Source of the DNA: Podarcis liolepis
Taxonomy: Eukaryota
Assembly (NCBI GenBank): GCA_965112155.1
Contig: OZ218100.1
Direction: 5' to 3' (one strand)
DNA length: 64,000 nt
Shown piece by piece: positions 52,473-64,000 of this stretch. The first letter of the stretch is position 1. The number at the start of each line of letters is the position of its first letter. The notes under the pieces are model-generated. The model had not been told where the DNA came from, made no database searches, and saw only the letters and a list, made by a program, of their open reading frames with translations. A program made the position numbers and the translations under genes.

Positions 52473-54803
52473 GTATGATGCTTTAGTGAAACCTTGTTTG
52501 CATAAGAAATTGTGCCAGAATCACACATTTTGCACATAGGAGTTCTCGGTGTTGGGATTTCTGAACTTGTATTCTGACATTTTCTTCTTCAAATGGGTAT
52601 GTAATGTATTGCATGTTTTATAGCCCCCTTTAGATATTTCTTTTTCTTTTCCTGAGGAGCTGGAATTGTACATCTACACTGTTTTGGAGTCCAACAAATA
52701 AATCCAATATCTTTCAGTACTGCCTTCTGTTAGGTATTTTTCCTACACAGAAACCCACAGCTACACTTAAAATCTTGCCAGGCATTTCTGAAAGGTAATA
52801 TATGCAGCACAACTGATTCATTATTGCATTATGCTTCATCACAAGCCCACTTCTCTTCAAAGCATAGCTTAGCAATTGTTGTATGTTCCCTCTTCCCCTA
52901 TACTACAAAACAAGATATCTGGTATTAGAGCAGCCACAAAGAAGGAAAGGCAGAGAACACTACAAAAATATTGTCAATCACAGGGGTTTAGACTAAGGAG
53001 CATATATTTAAGCTGCCAAAGTTTGTAAGTTTCCTAGTAAGAACTTGTTGCATTCTTGCTTTGACCAATTACTTCTATTTCTATTTCTTTGTCCAATCTT
53101 TACCAATAGCATCAACCTTTCACTGTACAAGCTGGAAATTTTACACTCAGTTTGGGTCCTTTCGATTTTTATTTCCTTGACTTCATTTATATTCTTTAAC
53201 TAGATCCATATCAAACTTTTCTGAAAATCTAAAGTCAAGTTCTAAAATCTGCTTGGCATAGATATATGCTGACTGCATAACTACAAGGCCTACCATGAAA
53301 ATGTGGTAACTTCTAATTCACTTGTAGACTCACTGCATTCTTACTAGATCCATCATAGCTTATTTTGTAGTGTGAAATGTCTTGTCATCAGCATAGAAAG
53401 TGTTTGACAGGCAGCAATGGGTTGTGCTAGAAGTGGAAAGTTTGAATAAATAATTTGGAACTATGATTTCTCTGCTCCTTTTAGAAAAAAAAATATTCTG
53501 CTAATATGATTCTTGCTTTTCCATTTACTGCATTGATGAATCTGCCTTAAGCTGCCACTTTTTTCCAGGCTTCTTTTCATCGCTATTATTATGCAGTTCT
53601 TGTTTAGTCATAGCAGGTTTAATTAAACTAATTAAGCACCACTGGCTCAGGTAAGTGAAATTAAAGACAAGTGGCCTAATTAACCCCTGTGATTGACAAG
53701 TAGCTTTGTCTCTTGGTATTTGCGGCTATAAAGCTTGCTCTATGAAATCTTGTTTTGTAGACTTGGAAACGAGAAGGGACTTCAACAAGTGCAATAATGG
53801 TATGTAGTTTTGCCTTTGGTATATGTGTTTGTGTGGCTAGCTGCGCCCTAGACATATCTTTTTACTGTTCATGAATGTTTGGACAATTACATCAACAATA
53901 TTCTAGATGGAAAACAAAAATTCGTGTTTGCAAGCAGTGCTCAGAATGAAAATTTAGCTGGAGAGTTTAAATAGATATAAGCAAATATAATCCAGTGGGC
54001 ATAAATCTTGAAATGAATGATCAGTGCATGAGTTTTCATTCATTTCATTTCAATGGCTCTGGTTTGGGGGAAAATATTGATGAATTATGGGCAGTCTGTG
54101 TAACCATATCCTGAGCAGGGCTGAAAAGTTGTATTAGGTGAAATATTCCCATGCCTGAAATGATTACAGCTTTCCAGTGCATGCATAATGTTGAGTAGCT
54201 CAATAAGTTCAAAGGGCTCAAGTTTAAGACTTCAATATTATAAATAATTTTTTATAGATGTAGGACCTAATAAGTATTGCTCCCAGTTTTCTTAAGTCTG
54301 CTTGCCTGTAAAGACAACCTCAGTACAGAAACAAAATAAAACTCAAATTAATTTTATATGGTTACATCTTTTTTCTTCTAAATACTAACATTGACTCTTG
54401 TCAGTTTAATATTTTTAAAGAGAATACACAAATTATCAAAGATTAAAACTGTGTGGTACAATCTGCTATTTGTCAAAGTTGCCTTGTAAATATCACTTGA
54501 AAAATGTTCTGTTAACAGTGCAATCTATGCAAATTTACTCAGCAGTAAGTTCCATTATTTCAAAGTCTCATTGAACCCAATGAGTCTCATGGAACCCTTC
54601 TAAGTAGAAACACACAGATTTTTGCTATAACATGTGCATAATGCTTTGCAATGCACAAAAGTTCTCTGGCAAGTAGAGTCCCTTGAACAAAGTTTGAACT
54701 CCAGTGTTTTACCACATAGAAATCATATATGTACTTTCACAAATGGTATGTAAATGCTTGCTATCTGTTTAATGTCCCGTTTTAAAAATGTTCTTCTCTG
54801 CAG

Positions 54804-54887
54804 GGGACAAGTTGTTAACATAAGATATCTGGAATATTTTGAAAAGATGCTTCATTTTATCAAAGACAGGATCCTTGTTTATCATAG
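54804..54887 (+). CDS. TTC13: TTC13 exon 16
   Basis: cag|(R)GQVVNIRYLEYFEKMLHFIKDRILVYH+AG|gtaaat, 84 nt. Confidence 0.95.
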
Positions 54888-55129
54888 GTAAATAAATTCT
54901 TCCTTTTCCTGCATTAATACGGCAAATTTTTATATAGTGTTCAAGAATTAGGTGCTGCACAGTAATATTTAAAACAACCTGCCTGCAGGCTTACAATCTA
55001 AACAAGATGAGACCATGGGGAGGGAAAGAAGAGATTAGAACCAAATATTTAGGAAATGGTTTGAAACATTGCATAAACAATTGAAAAGCAGAAGGGTGCA
55101 GATTTCAGGTGTCAGTGAAGTTCAGAGAA

Positions 55130-55830
55130 AAGAGAGCAAGTGATGATGGAAACGTGAAATAGAAATGACTTGAGATTTTTCAAAGAAGAAAGCATTGGCT
55201 GAGCAAAGATAATAATGCAACGGGAGAGAAAGAAAAAGGGTGACAGATAAGGAGGGGCCGAAAGGTAAAAGCATAGTAACGAATAATTTCTGATAAGGAG
55301 ATGAATTTCAATAAATGGATGTAACGCAGGAAAAATATGGGCAAATTGAGATACAGAATAAACCGAATGGGCAACAGAGTTAAGAACAGAGAGGAGAGGG
55401 TGAAGCTGAAAAACTGGCAAACCAAAAAGAAGCATGAGAGAATAAACAAATGCTTTTCCAGTAGCAGGAGACAAAACTATCAAAATTTAGCAACGTTGAA
55501 AACTTGGACGTTGGCAGTTCTGACTGTCAGATTGACTGTATGCAGCCAGGAGGCTGAGGCAAGTTTGAAGATGATGAAGGAAAGGTGTAAACTATGGTCA
55601 GGGAAAGCCAGGCCAATGAGAATGCTGAAGAAGAAGATTTTAGAAGATCTATTTTTGTTATCAACATAGAAGAGAATGGAGTAGCAACAGAAGGGGAAAG
55701 AAGACTAAAAAAGAGCCAAGAGAAGAAAACTAATCTGTATTTATTGAGATAATTGTTTTTTAAAAGTCTTAACAGGAGAGAAGATGATGAAGAGTAAAGA
55801 AATGGAAGCATGAATGTGTAAGGAGTAAAA
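55130..55830 (-). mobile_element. Ancient L2 LINE fragment
   Basis: The minus frame LLFGLPVFQLHPLLSVLNSVAH resembles L2 RT (LLxGLPxxxLxPLQSILNxAAR); strong purine skew on plus. Confidence 0.6.
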
Positions 55831-56432
55831 GCTGAAGAGCAGCTGGAGTGTCAAGTTGAATATGGGAAATGCCCTTGCTCAGTGGTGAAGCTCACTCAGT
55901 GACTATGAAGATGCCACTTTATTTCACCCTAAGAGTCAGTCACTGTTCCAGAATCCTTTAAGGGTGGGGTAGAACATACATATATATTAAGATTACAAAT
56001 GAAAATAGAAAGATGGAACAACGGGTCAACATATATATTTTTAACACAGGACAATATCAGGAAGGGAAAGGTGTAGTAATAACAGTATGTACTGCTTCAG
56101 TCTGCCTTGTTCAACATAACTCTAAACTATATTTTAGTTATTGCTATGGAAATAATCATGGATGAGCCTCAAGTTCCCATGCTGCTCCTGTGGAGCAGCT
56201 CTGATGAGATCAGATGTGTTTGTCCCAGTTTGGACATAATGGTAGACTGTGGTTAGTTTTAATGATGGTTGAGGTTGCCTTAATCAGATAAACTGTAGGT
56301 AAAACTAAGGGCAGTTTAGCCCTTTCATACCTACTGACAACCATGATTAGTTAAAAATGGAAGCAAATGATTTCAGTGTCCTTGCAGTCACATCAGAGAA
56401 GGGGACACGGGCTCATTATAACATTAAACTAT

Positions 56433-57364
56433 AAAGAGTGGTGTAAACAGGGCTGTGTTCTCGCCCAACTCTCTTTAGCATATTCTTCTCCCTGTTGCTC
56501 TCATATGCATTCAGCTTGACTGAAGACGGTGTGTTCATTCAAGGAGCAATGGGGGTCTGTTCAATCTGGCATGTCCCTGCACCAAGAAAAGTGCAGTGGG
56601 TCCTTATCTGAGAGACATTGCTTGCAGATGACACAGCCTTGACAGTGCACTCTGAGGAAGCTCTACTGAGACTCAGCAACTGTTTTGCCCAAGCCTGCAG
56701 GGAGTTCAGCCTTACCTGACAAAGACTAACATCCTAGGAAATTGCAAATACCAAGATGAAGGTCTACCAGACTTGCATGTTGAGCATGCTGCTTTATGGA
56801 AGTATGTTGTGGGCAACTTACAACCATCAGGAGTGATGCATCAATGCCTTCCATATCCACTGTGTCAGGAAGATTTTGGATACCACATAGCAGGACAGAT
56901 TTTCAATCAAAGATGTGCTTTCCTAAACCCACATTCCTAGCATGCTTGCACTCCTGTCTCAGCAGTGTCTACACTGAATAGGTCATGTCCACAGAATGGA
57001 AGATGGCAGGATCTCCAAGGGCATGCTCTAAAGGGAGCCCACTTCAGGCACTAGGCCCATTGGCAGACCAACTCTGCCAACAATGTCTACAAAAGTGATA
57101 TGCATGAACCCTGCCATGTGGGAATCCCTTGCAGATGACAGCAGTGCCCGGAGACAGACAGATAGGTCAGTATCCATAATGATGATTGGTGGAGGAATGA
57201 CCATTGGGAAGAGCGCAAAGAGAAGAAATCCCATGGTGCACCTGCATCAGCACAACCAGACACCTTCATCTGCCCCAGCTTCAGTGAAACATGTCTCTCC
57301 TGTATCTCTCCCTACGCCCACAGCACACTTTTCCATCGTCTCCCAAGACACACGGATGCCAACC
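56433..57364 (+). mobile_element. Degenerate RTE (BovB-like clade) LINE fragment
   Basis: SGVxQGCVLAxTLFSIFFS and LLADD remnants; GHVHRMEDGRI; 3' end cgtctc...gacacacggatgccaac. Confidence 0.8.
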
Positions 57365-57540
57365 AGGATTAACTTTGTATATAAATAGGTTATCTTGTAT
57401 AGGTTATTTTCTCAGTAACATAACCTAGGTATGCTAAAAAGCTATTGTGTTTTCTTGTTAGAATATGTTCACATTAATATAAAAACTAGAACAAAATATT
57501 TAATTGAAATTCTATTGAACCTTTTTGTCTAACCATTTAG

Positions 57541-57625
57541 TGCTAATAACCACAAAGAACTAGTAGACGTTCGAGAAGCTCTGGAGCAAGTGCAAAAAGT
57601 AGAAGATCTTCTCCCAATAATGAAG
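57541..57625 (+). CDS. TTC13: TTC13 exon 17
   Basis: tag|(S)ANNHKELVDVREALEQVQKVEDLLPIMK|gtagtc, 85 nt. Confidence 0.94.
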
Positions 57626-58639
57626 GTAGTCTTTCTATCTCTCTCTCCCCCCCCCCCCAATTCCTCTCCCATCCCGCAAAATAACTGTATTTTTGTTAAT
57701 ATTAGAAATAAGATTATGCAAATAACATTAGTTAGTGATGATCCTTCAAATTTCATGTGAAAGTGGAAATGGACTTAAAGTTACCATTTTAAACTTGGAT
57801 ATGATTTTTTTCTAGTACACAATGAGGGTTTGCTGAGGAAGGTCATTTTGCAAGGGAAAGCTCACTAAACTCCAAGCTAGGTTTCTGTGTATTACAGTGT
57901 TTTGTAACAAATTGTGGGTGTTTATTAGTGTCTCTTGGAATGATGAAGGGGTTTTTAATTGCAAAATTGTCCATAGTAAAGAAAATAAGCTCAATGGATC
58001 TTACTGCATTTTAAGTAATTACAAGGAAGACTTAACAAATACCGCATAAATGAATAGATACAAATAGCATGAAATGAAAGAGGTGAATGACTTTGAGTAG
58101 GAGGCCAACACTTCATTTTGTCAGAGTGGGTCATGTGTTACTTATTCATAGGGTCAAACTGGCAGAATTTCACAATTTAGCAACCGTTTTAGCTAAAAAT
58201 AATCCCCTCTGAGATTGAATGTATAACCTTGAGGGTGCTGTTTTCTATTAGTTGAAAGCAGTTAGCTGAATAATTCAATAATTCTCTAAAGACTGTTGAC
58301 AAAATGGTTTTCCTGTGCAGGTCCTGACTTCCATGTCGGAAGAAGAATGTCAACATGCATCTGATATTTGAACAGGAAAATATGAAATAGCCCAAGTATC
58401 AACAACTAGGGCAAACTATTATCTCTTCTATGTTTTTAGCACATCTCTGTTGTGTGGTATGCCTAAAAAGAGCTCTAATATATTTGCATATGTTTAGGGA
58501 GGCCATAGTCCACAAATAGCAAACCTTCCTTACTTTCAGGAGCCCCCCTGAGTGCGATAGGTGAAATTCTTTTAGCAGTGAGAGAGAGAAATGCATGTGA
58601 GATGTAAACTTTAATGGGAAAGAAACCTTGCCATAGTTT

Positions 58640-58739
58640 TGGCCACATGACCTGGAAGCTCTCTCGGCCAATAAAGCGAGATGAGCGCCGCAACCCCAGA
58701 GGTGTCTGCGACTGGACCCAATGGTCAGGGGTCCCTTTA
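58640..58739 (-). mobile_element. Sauria SINE 5' fragment, antisense
   Basis: Reverse complement of aaagggacccctgaccattgggtccagtcgc...gcggcgctcatctcgc. Confidence 0.85.
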
Positions 58740-58831
58740 TCTAGTTATGTAGTATAAAGGAAAGCTGAAATTGTCTTAACTGTAATATGGAACAAACAAA
58801 CAAAATCCACTTTTTGATATTTGTTTGAAAG

Positions 58832-58941
58832 CAGCTCCACAGTAAAACAAGAGATGGATTCACGGTCAACACCAAAGTCCCAAGCCTCAAAGATCCAGGA
58901 AAAGAGTATGATGGATTTACTATCACCATAACAGGAGATAA
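58832..58941 (+). CDS. TTC13: TTC13 exon 18 (NAGNAG acceptor; may start at 58835)
   Basis: aag|QLHSKTRDGFTVNTKVPSLKDPGKEYDGFTITITGD+AA|gtaagc, 110 nt. Confidence 0.93.
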
Positions 58942-59773
58942 GTAAGCTAAGTTTCTATTTTATATCATGTAAACTACAGGCAAAAGCTTACTAGTCTTTA
59001 TTTTAATTTTTTTTAAAAAAAATAAATTGAAGACAGTGTTATAGCAGTCAAAGGTTAGGCAGATTTCAAATATGCTTGGTTTTCCTTCTGTAGTAAACTT
59101 TGTCAGCAAAGCTGCATTTTATGTGCTTCAATGTGGTATTAAATTAATATATTTACACCCATATAATCCATGCAAACATGTCCTAACAGCTTGTAAGTTG
59201 TATACTCTTATTATAGTTTTATCCTTATCCATATTGGAAGCTTCTCAGGTATACAGTTTGGATGGCACATGTTACCCACCCTTGTTCTTGCTGCTTATGC
59301 TCCCCAATTAATATACTATTATAACAACTCTTCTTCTGTGAAAAAGGGGGGGGGGGATCAAAGCAATATTCTGTATTTTTCCTTTTCAGGGATACTCACT
59401 AAATTTTTATATAGGCAATGTAGTAGCTAAAGGGTACGTTCCACCAGGTCCTGCTTCTGCCCATTCATAATCATCTCGCCATATTTGTGCGAGTGTGTGT
59501 TTAAAAAAAGATTAAAAATATTACCAACTAATTAACAAAAATCTGCTTTTTCTTTTTATGTTGCTTTTTCAGTTTTGATATTTGGTCAAAAGCCAAAGTA
59601 ACATTGCACTCATTTCTATATTCAACTGGAAATTATTGAAATACATTTTAGAGCAACATAACCAATCATATATAATCTGTAGGCATTTGTATGTGTTTGT
59701 TTGTTTATGTATGTGTTGTTGAATGTATGTGTTTATTTTAAAACATGCCTCTGATGTAGACATATATTTTCAG

Positions 59774-59909
59774 GATTGGGAACATACTATTTTCAGTTGA
59801 AACGCAGACAACAGAAGAAAGAACACAACTCTATCATGCAGAAATAGATGCTCTTTATAAAGACTTAACTACCAAAGGAAAACTACTTGTTTCATCTGCA
59901 GAATCTGGG
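59774..59909 (+). CDS. TTC13: TTC13 exon 19
   Basis: cag|(K)IGNILFSVETQTTEERTQLYHAEIDALYKDL...SAESG|gtaaga, 136 nt. Confidence 0.95.
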
Positions 59910-59933
59910 GTAAGATCTTCCATTATGTAATTA

Positions 59934-60102
59934 CTGTATTTTTCGCTCTATAGCATGCACCCGACCATAACACGCACATAGTTTTTAGAGGAGGAAAATC
60001 CGTAGGCATGCCACCCATAGGCATTCCCTCCATAACACGCACAGACATTTCCCCTTACTTTTTAGGAGGAAAAAAGTGAGTGTTATGGTGCAAAAAATAC
60101 GG
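59934..60102. mobile_element. Short Tc1/mariner-type MITE (family of MITE B)
   Basis: TA-ctgtatttttcgctc ... gcaaaaaatacgg-TA; shares its ends with 47836-48368. Confidence 0.85.
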
Positions 60103-61712
60103 TAGTTTTTAGTATCATGAGCCCAAAAGGTCTAAGAGCACAGGCAGGCTGATACACAGAGAGATGTTTCTTCCAATATTTGCATCCCAAGGCATTTGTG
60201 AACCAACCTGTGATCACTGGTTGAAGGGTGGTATGGAAATTGTCATCATCACCATCATCATCATCATCATCATCATCATCATAGGCTTGGCATGTCAACA
60301 TCAGCACCTTGAATTTTGTCTCAGAAGCATATAGGCAGCTTTTCAAAATGTTTCAACAAACCGTACCAGTTCACATTCTGTCAGCCACGTTCTGCTCCAG
60401 TTATAGCTTTTGTATCCCCTTCAAGGGCAACATCATGTAAGATGTTGCCCTTGATTTTCACATGTCAGTGTTTTTAGACCAACTTTCTTAGAGCCAAACT
60501 GGACACAATGGGTGGGTGGGGGGTTGTTGTTTCTGTTATTGTTGTTAATTTTTTGTATCTTTATTTAAGATGTTGTTATGGATGTTGTTTATGTGGAAAT
60601 TGTTTCAATTTGGTTGTTTACTTTTTAATTTTTTGTTTATGACTATTTTTGTTATGTTCATCATTATGTATTTTTTCATGTTGTAAGCCACATTGAGCAT
60701 AGTTTTAACTCTGGAAAGATGGCAAGCAAATAAAATTATGTATATATGTTAGTCCAAGCACACCACTGAAGTCACCTGAGCCTCAAGTGAGCGCTGGGTC
60801 AAGCACAACCCCAGACTATGCATCTAAAGCTATATGTCCAGCCAATTCTCAGACCTGAGAACCAACCTACCCATAGGACCTGTGTCTTGTCAGGATTCAG
60901 CCTCAGTTTATTGGCCCTCATCCAGCCCATTACTGCTTCCAGGCACCAGTCCAACACAAAGTATTAGTTAAAACACATGCCATCACTATAAAATATTTAA
61001 GAGATTACTCCTATTTATGGTTAAATGCAATGCATTGTTTAAACATTTTAAAATTTATTTTTGTTGGGCTGGATCCAGAGTGTCCTTTCTGTGAACAGCC
61101 TTTTTCCATTTGTGGAACGCACTGAGATACAACAGAAGCTCCCTCGGAAGGAAAAGGGAGGCTCTTTTCTCTCATTACCCCCAAATGCCACCTCCCACAC
61201 AACGATGCCTTGTCCTCCCAAGAGCTATTGGCTAAAATCTGATCCCCACCCTACCTTCTTCCAGCAGGAATTCTGCTCACAGGAGCTCTGGATCCAACCC
61301 GTTTTTAAAATCTCTTATCTGTCCTTTCTGTTCCATTACTATTCAGGGTAACTCACAATCTGACACACACACCCGCCCCCAAAATTAACATGGCAGATTA
61401 AAAAAATGTTTTTTAGCACGGCTTGAGAAACAACCACATTATATACAAAGCTTAGAAGGCCTTAGCAAATGAAACATGTCTATATGGCTTACTGTCCTTT
61501 ATACACCTTTTCCTGCTTGAATGCTGCCTCTTGTCATGCTACAACTACCAACTTAATAAAGAATTATACAGATAATAAAATACTGCATATTGCAGAATGA
61601 AAACAGTTTATTTCCATAAATTCCATTCATTTAATTTAATTTGCTTGGTGCATGCAGTTCTCTGTTGCTATTTTGATTTTTCATGTTAAATACATGGTTT
61701 TATTTTTCTTAG

Positions 61713-61792
61713 GAGTCGGATGCTGTGTGCAGTCTAATCCTGTCTCTCGTATATTATTTCTATAACTTAATGCCTCTGTCCAGAGGGTCCAG
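61713..61792 (+). CDS. TTC13: TTC13 exon 20
   Basis: tag|ESDAVCSLILSLVYYFYNLMPLSRGS+AG|gttagt, 80 nt. Confidence 0.96.
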
Positions 61793-62295
61793 GTTAGTAT
61801 CTTTCTTCTTATGTAATAACTGTATCCATAAAGATTACATTGTGCATAGTGATATGAGATCTTACCTTACCAGTTCTTCTTTCTCCTGCCCCAAGTCCTA
61901 AACACTTTTACATAAATGTTGGCAGTCATATTATTCTTGTGTGCATCTTTAATGAGAGAACATTTTCTCCATTTTGTGGTAGATGTATTTCTCATTTTGT
62001 ATTTGACATGTTAAAACTTTAAAACTTGTCTTACACTCTGCAGTTTTTTAAAAATACACTTGAAAGTAACTCCTGTTGCACTCAATGCAGCTTACTTCTG
62101 TACAGGATTGCACTATTAAGCTCGATATAGCAATATTGAAATTAATACAGCCAGGTCACAAGTACATTGCATTGATTTTAAATATTTATGAAAATGGAGA
62201 ATCTCTTAACCTTTAAAAGCAGTAAAATATGTTCTTGTGTTTCCATGGAATGCTTTGTGTGCATTTTATTTCTTCTGTTTTTGTTTGTTTCTCAG

Positions 62296-62374
62296 TGTGG
62301 TGGCTTATTCAATAGTCATGGGAGCTCTAATGGCAAGTGGAAAAGAAGTATCAGGAAAGATTCCAAAAGGAAAG
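62296..62374 (+). CDS. TTC13: TTC13 exon 21
   Basis: cag|(S)VVAYSIVMGALMASGKEVSGKIPKGK|gtacac, 79 nt. Confidence 0.96.
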
Positions 62375-63381
62375 GTACACTCTGAATAACCTGTGTCCAA
62401 AAAGTTATTTAAAGCATAATGTGGGGCTAGGTATGAAGTAATGCAGATGTTCAAGAAGCAGTTTGTGAATACCTGCAACTTCTCAAAAGATAAAGACATG
62501 TTATTTTGAAAAAGAAGTGAGATGTGTGAGAGAGCATTCTTGTTTCAATGTGAGAAGTAGCCCTATGGACTGCAAACTGTTGGTGTAGCAAAATAATTAA
62601 ATAAAGCAGCAATCCTAATCTCAGAAGGTGATGTCCAGTGTTGTCTACCTGCAAATGGAATGAGCACCATTTGCAGAAGTTCTTCACCCTACCCTTTCCC
62701 CCTGACCTGCTCTGGAGGGTTAGGGTACCATCTAGAACTACTGTAACTGGAAATTTGCATTTGGCAGTGGGGTGGGGAATAGGAAAAGAACTTCCATTGC
62801 ATGAGTGAACTTCCTCTTGTGCAGTGTTGGATATATCACCCAGTGGAACTTGCTTCCTAGTAAATCTATTTCCTAGATTTAACTATCATTAGGTAATGTT
62901 CCTGTTATTGTTCTTGGCAGATGCTAGAAGTGATGGCGTGTGTTGTAAATGAGATGATAGTTTCTATGCGATTAGGACAATAGTAGCTTCTCTTTATGAT
63001 CAAATGAAGTTTTTCACATTTTTTGCTTCAAAATAGTTTGGAACTTTGTGTCTTGCAACAGGAAGCATCATCATCAATAATAATAATACTTTATTATTTA
63101 TACCGCACTCATCTAGTCTCTTGTGATGATGGTTTTCTTTAAATTTTAAATCTCTCCCCCCCCCCCTTGAAATCATACTAGCCACTTCAGCCTTTCATTG
63201 TTATACCACAACTGCTAAAATAGCATATTTAAAGCAAACAAATCCAAAGCAATACAGTTCAGCTCTTCTCGTCTTCCAACTTCCATTACAAATACCTTTT
63301 CGATGGTGCTAAATGTGAGGGTATGTTCTGACAGTGCACTTATTTTTGCATTTAGTTGTTTATATTTAATGTGTGTTCCAG

Positions 63382-63461
63382 CTGATTGATTTTGAAGCTA
63401 TGACAGCAGCTGGATCAGAGGCCTTCAGTAAAGTGGCAAAAGATTGGCTGAATCTGAAAAG
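63382..63461 (+). CDS. TTC13: TTC13 exon 22
   Basis: cag|LIDFEAMTAAGSEAFSKVAKDWLNLK+AG|gtaaaa, 80 nt; the final exon is not in the window. Confidence 0.95.
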
Positions 63462-64000
63462 GTAAAATTGTTAATGTTGGCTCAAGGTTTTGCATGTCCT
63501 AAAAAAAAAGTCCCAGCTTTCCTCAGAAAGGCAGTCTTTGTTACTTTGAAAAGTTGAGTTAACAGAAGAGTGCTTTCACAAATTCCAACTTATGGCAGCT
63601 ATTGCATTTCACCCTCTGCCCATATATCTATGGCTGCTGCTTGTGACACTACTCAAATATACTTTGTGATAACAATATAGTTCTTGTTAAACTTAAAAGG
63701 CCTGGTTCCTATTATAAATTTAAGTAGTACTAAAGTTACATGAAGCAATAGACCCAAACTAGAAAGAACTGTTTGAATTTGGCACACCATAGAGGTCTGC
63801 ATGTGTGGCATTTTACTCTCTAGCGGAAGGGAAAAATAACCTAATACATTAAATTTCTTTGTGGTTTTCTGGATTAGAACCATGGTGATAATTAGCTTCC
63901 TTCATTGATAGTTATCATCGCAATCTACTTAACAGTTCTTCTACAATATATGGTGTTAAATGTCTGAAATAATGAACCATACCATTGTGAAACTTGGTAT

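Larger units (their letters stand above)
35273..63461 (+). other. TTC13: TTC13 gene (tetratricopeptide repeat protein 13), coding exons 1-22, 3' end outside the window
   Basis: 22 GT-AG exons join into a 2447-nt open frame: signal peptide, TPR array, conserved C-terminal domain. Head-to-head with ARV1 as in mammals. Confidence 0.97.

Overview
This is vertebrate genomic DNA from a squamate reptile, probably a lacertid lizard, judged from Sauria/POM-type SINEs, CR1, L2, RTE, Rex-Babar and Penelope fragments and many hAT and Tc1/mariner MITEs. It carries the conserved FAM89A-ARV1-TTC13 cluster. FAM89A is on + (2 coding exons, 6723-13779, 144 aa). ARV1 is on - (5 coding exons, 34982-23016, 234 aa). 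TTC13 is on + (22 coding exons, 35273-63461, 815 codons read; the last exon lies beyond the window). All exons were assembled by hand with GT-AG boundaries and consistent phases. ARV1 and TTC13 share a 290-bp bidirectional CpG-island promoter. The most interesting observation is the C-terminal domain of TTC13, which follows a signal peptide and TPR repeats and carries an AvrB-like Fido signature (MPLSRGS...x32...DFEAM). This suggests a secretory-pathway TPR-Fido enzyme, possibly a glycosyltransferase. Other candidates are two poison exons in TTC13 intron 15, stop codons truncating the mammalian-type tails of FAM89A and ARV1, a decayed Penelope hammerhead ribozyme, transposons stacked on a splice donor, and long intronic and intergenic hairpins. 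Comparisons to known proteins and repeat families are from memory, not from searches.
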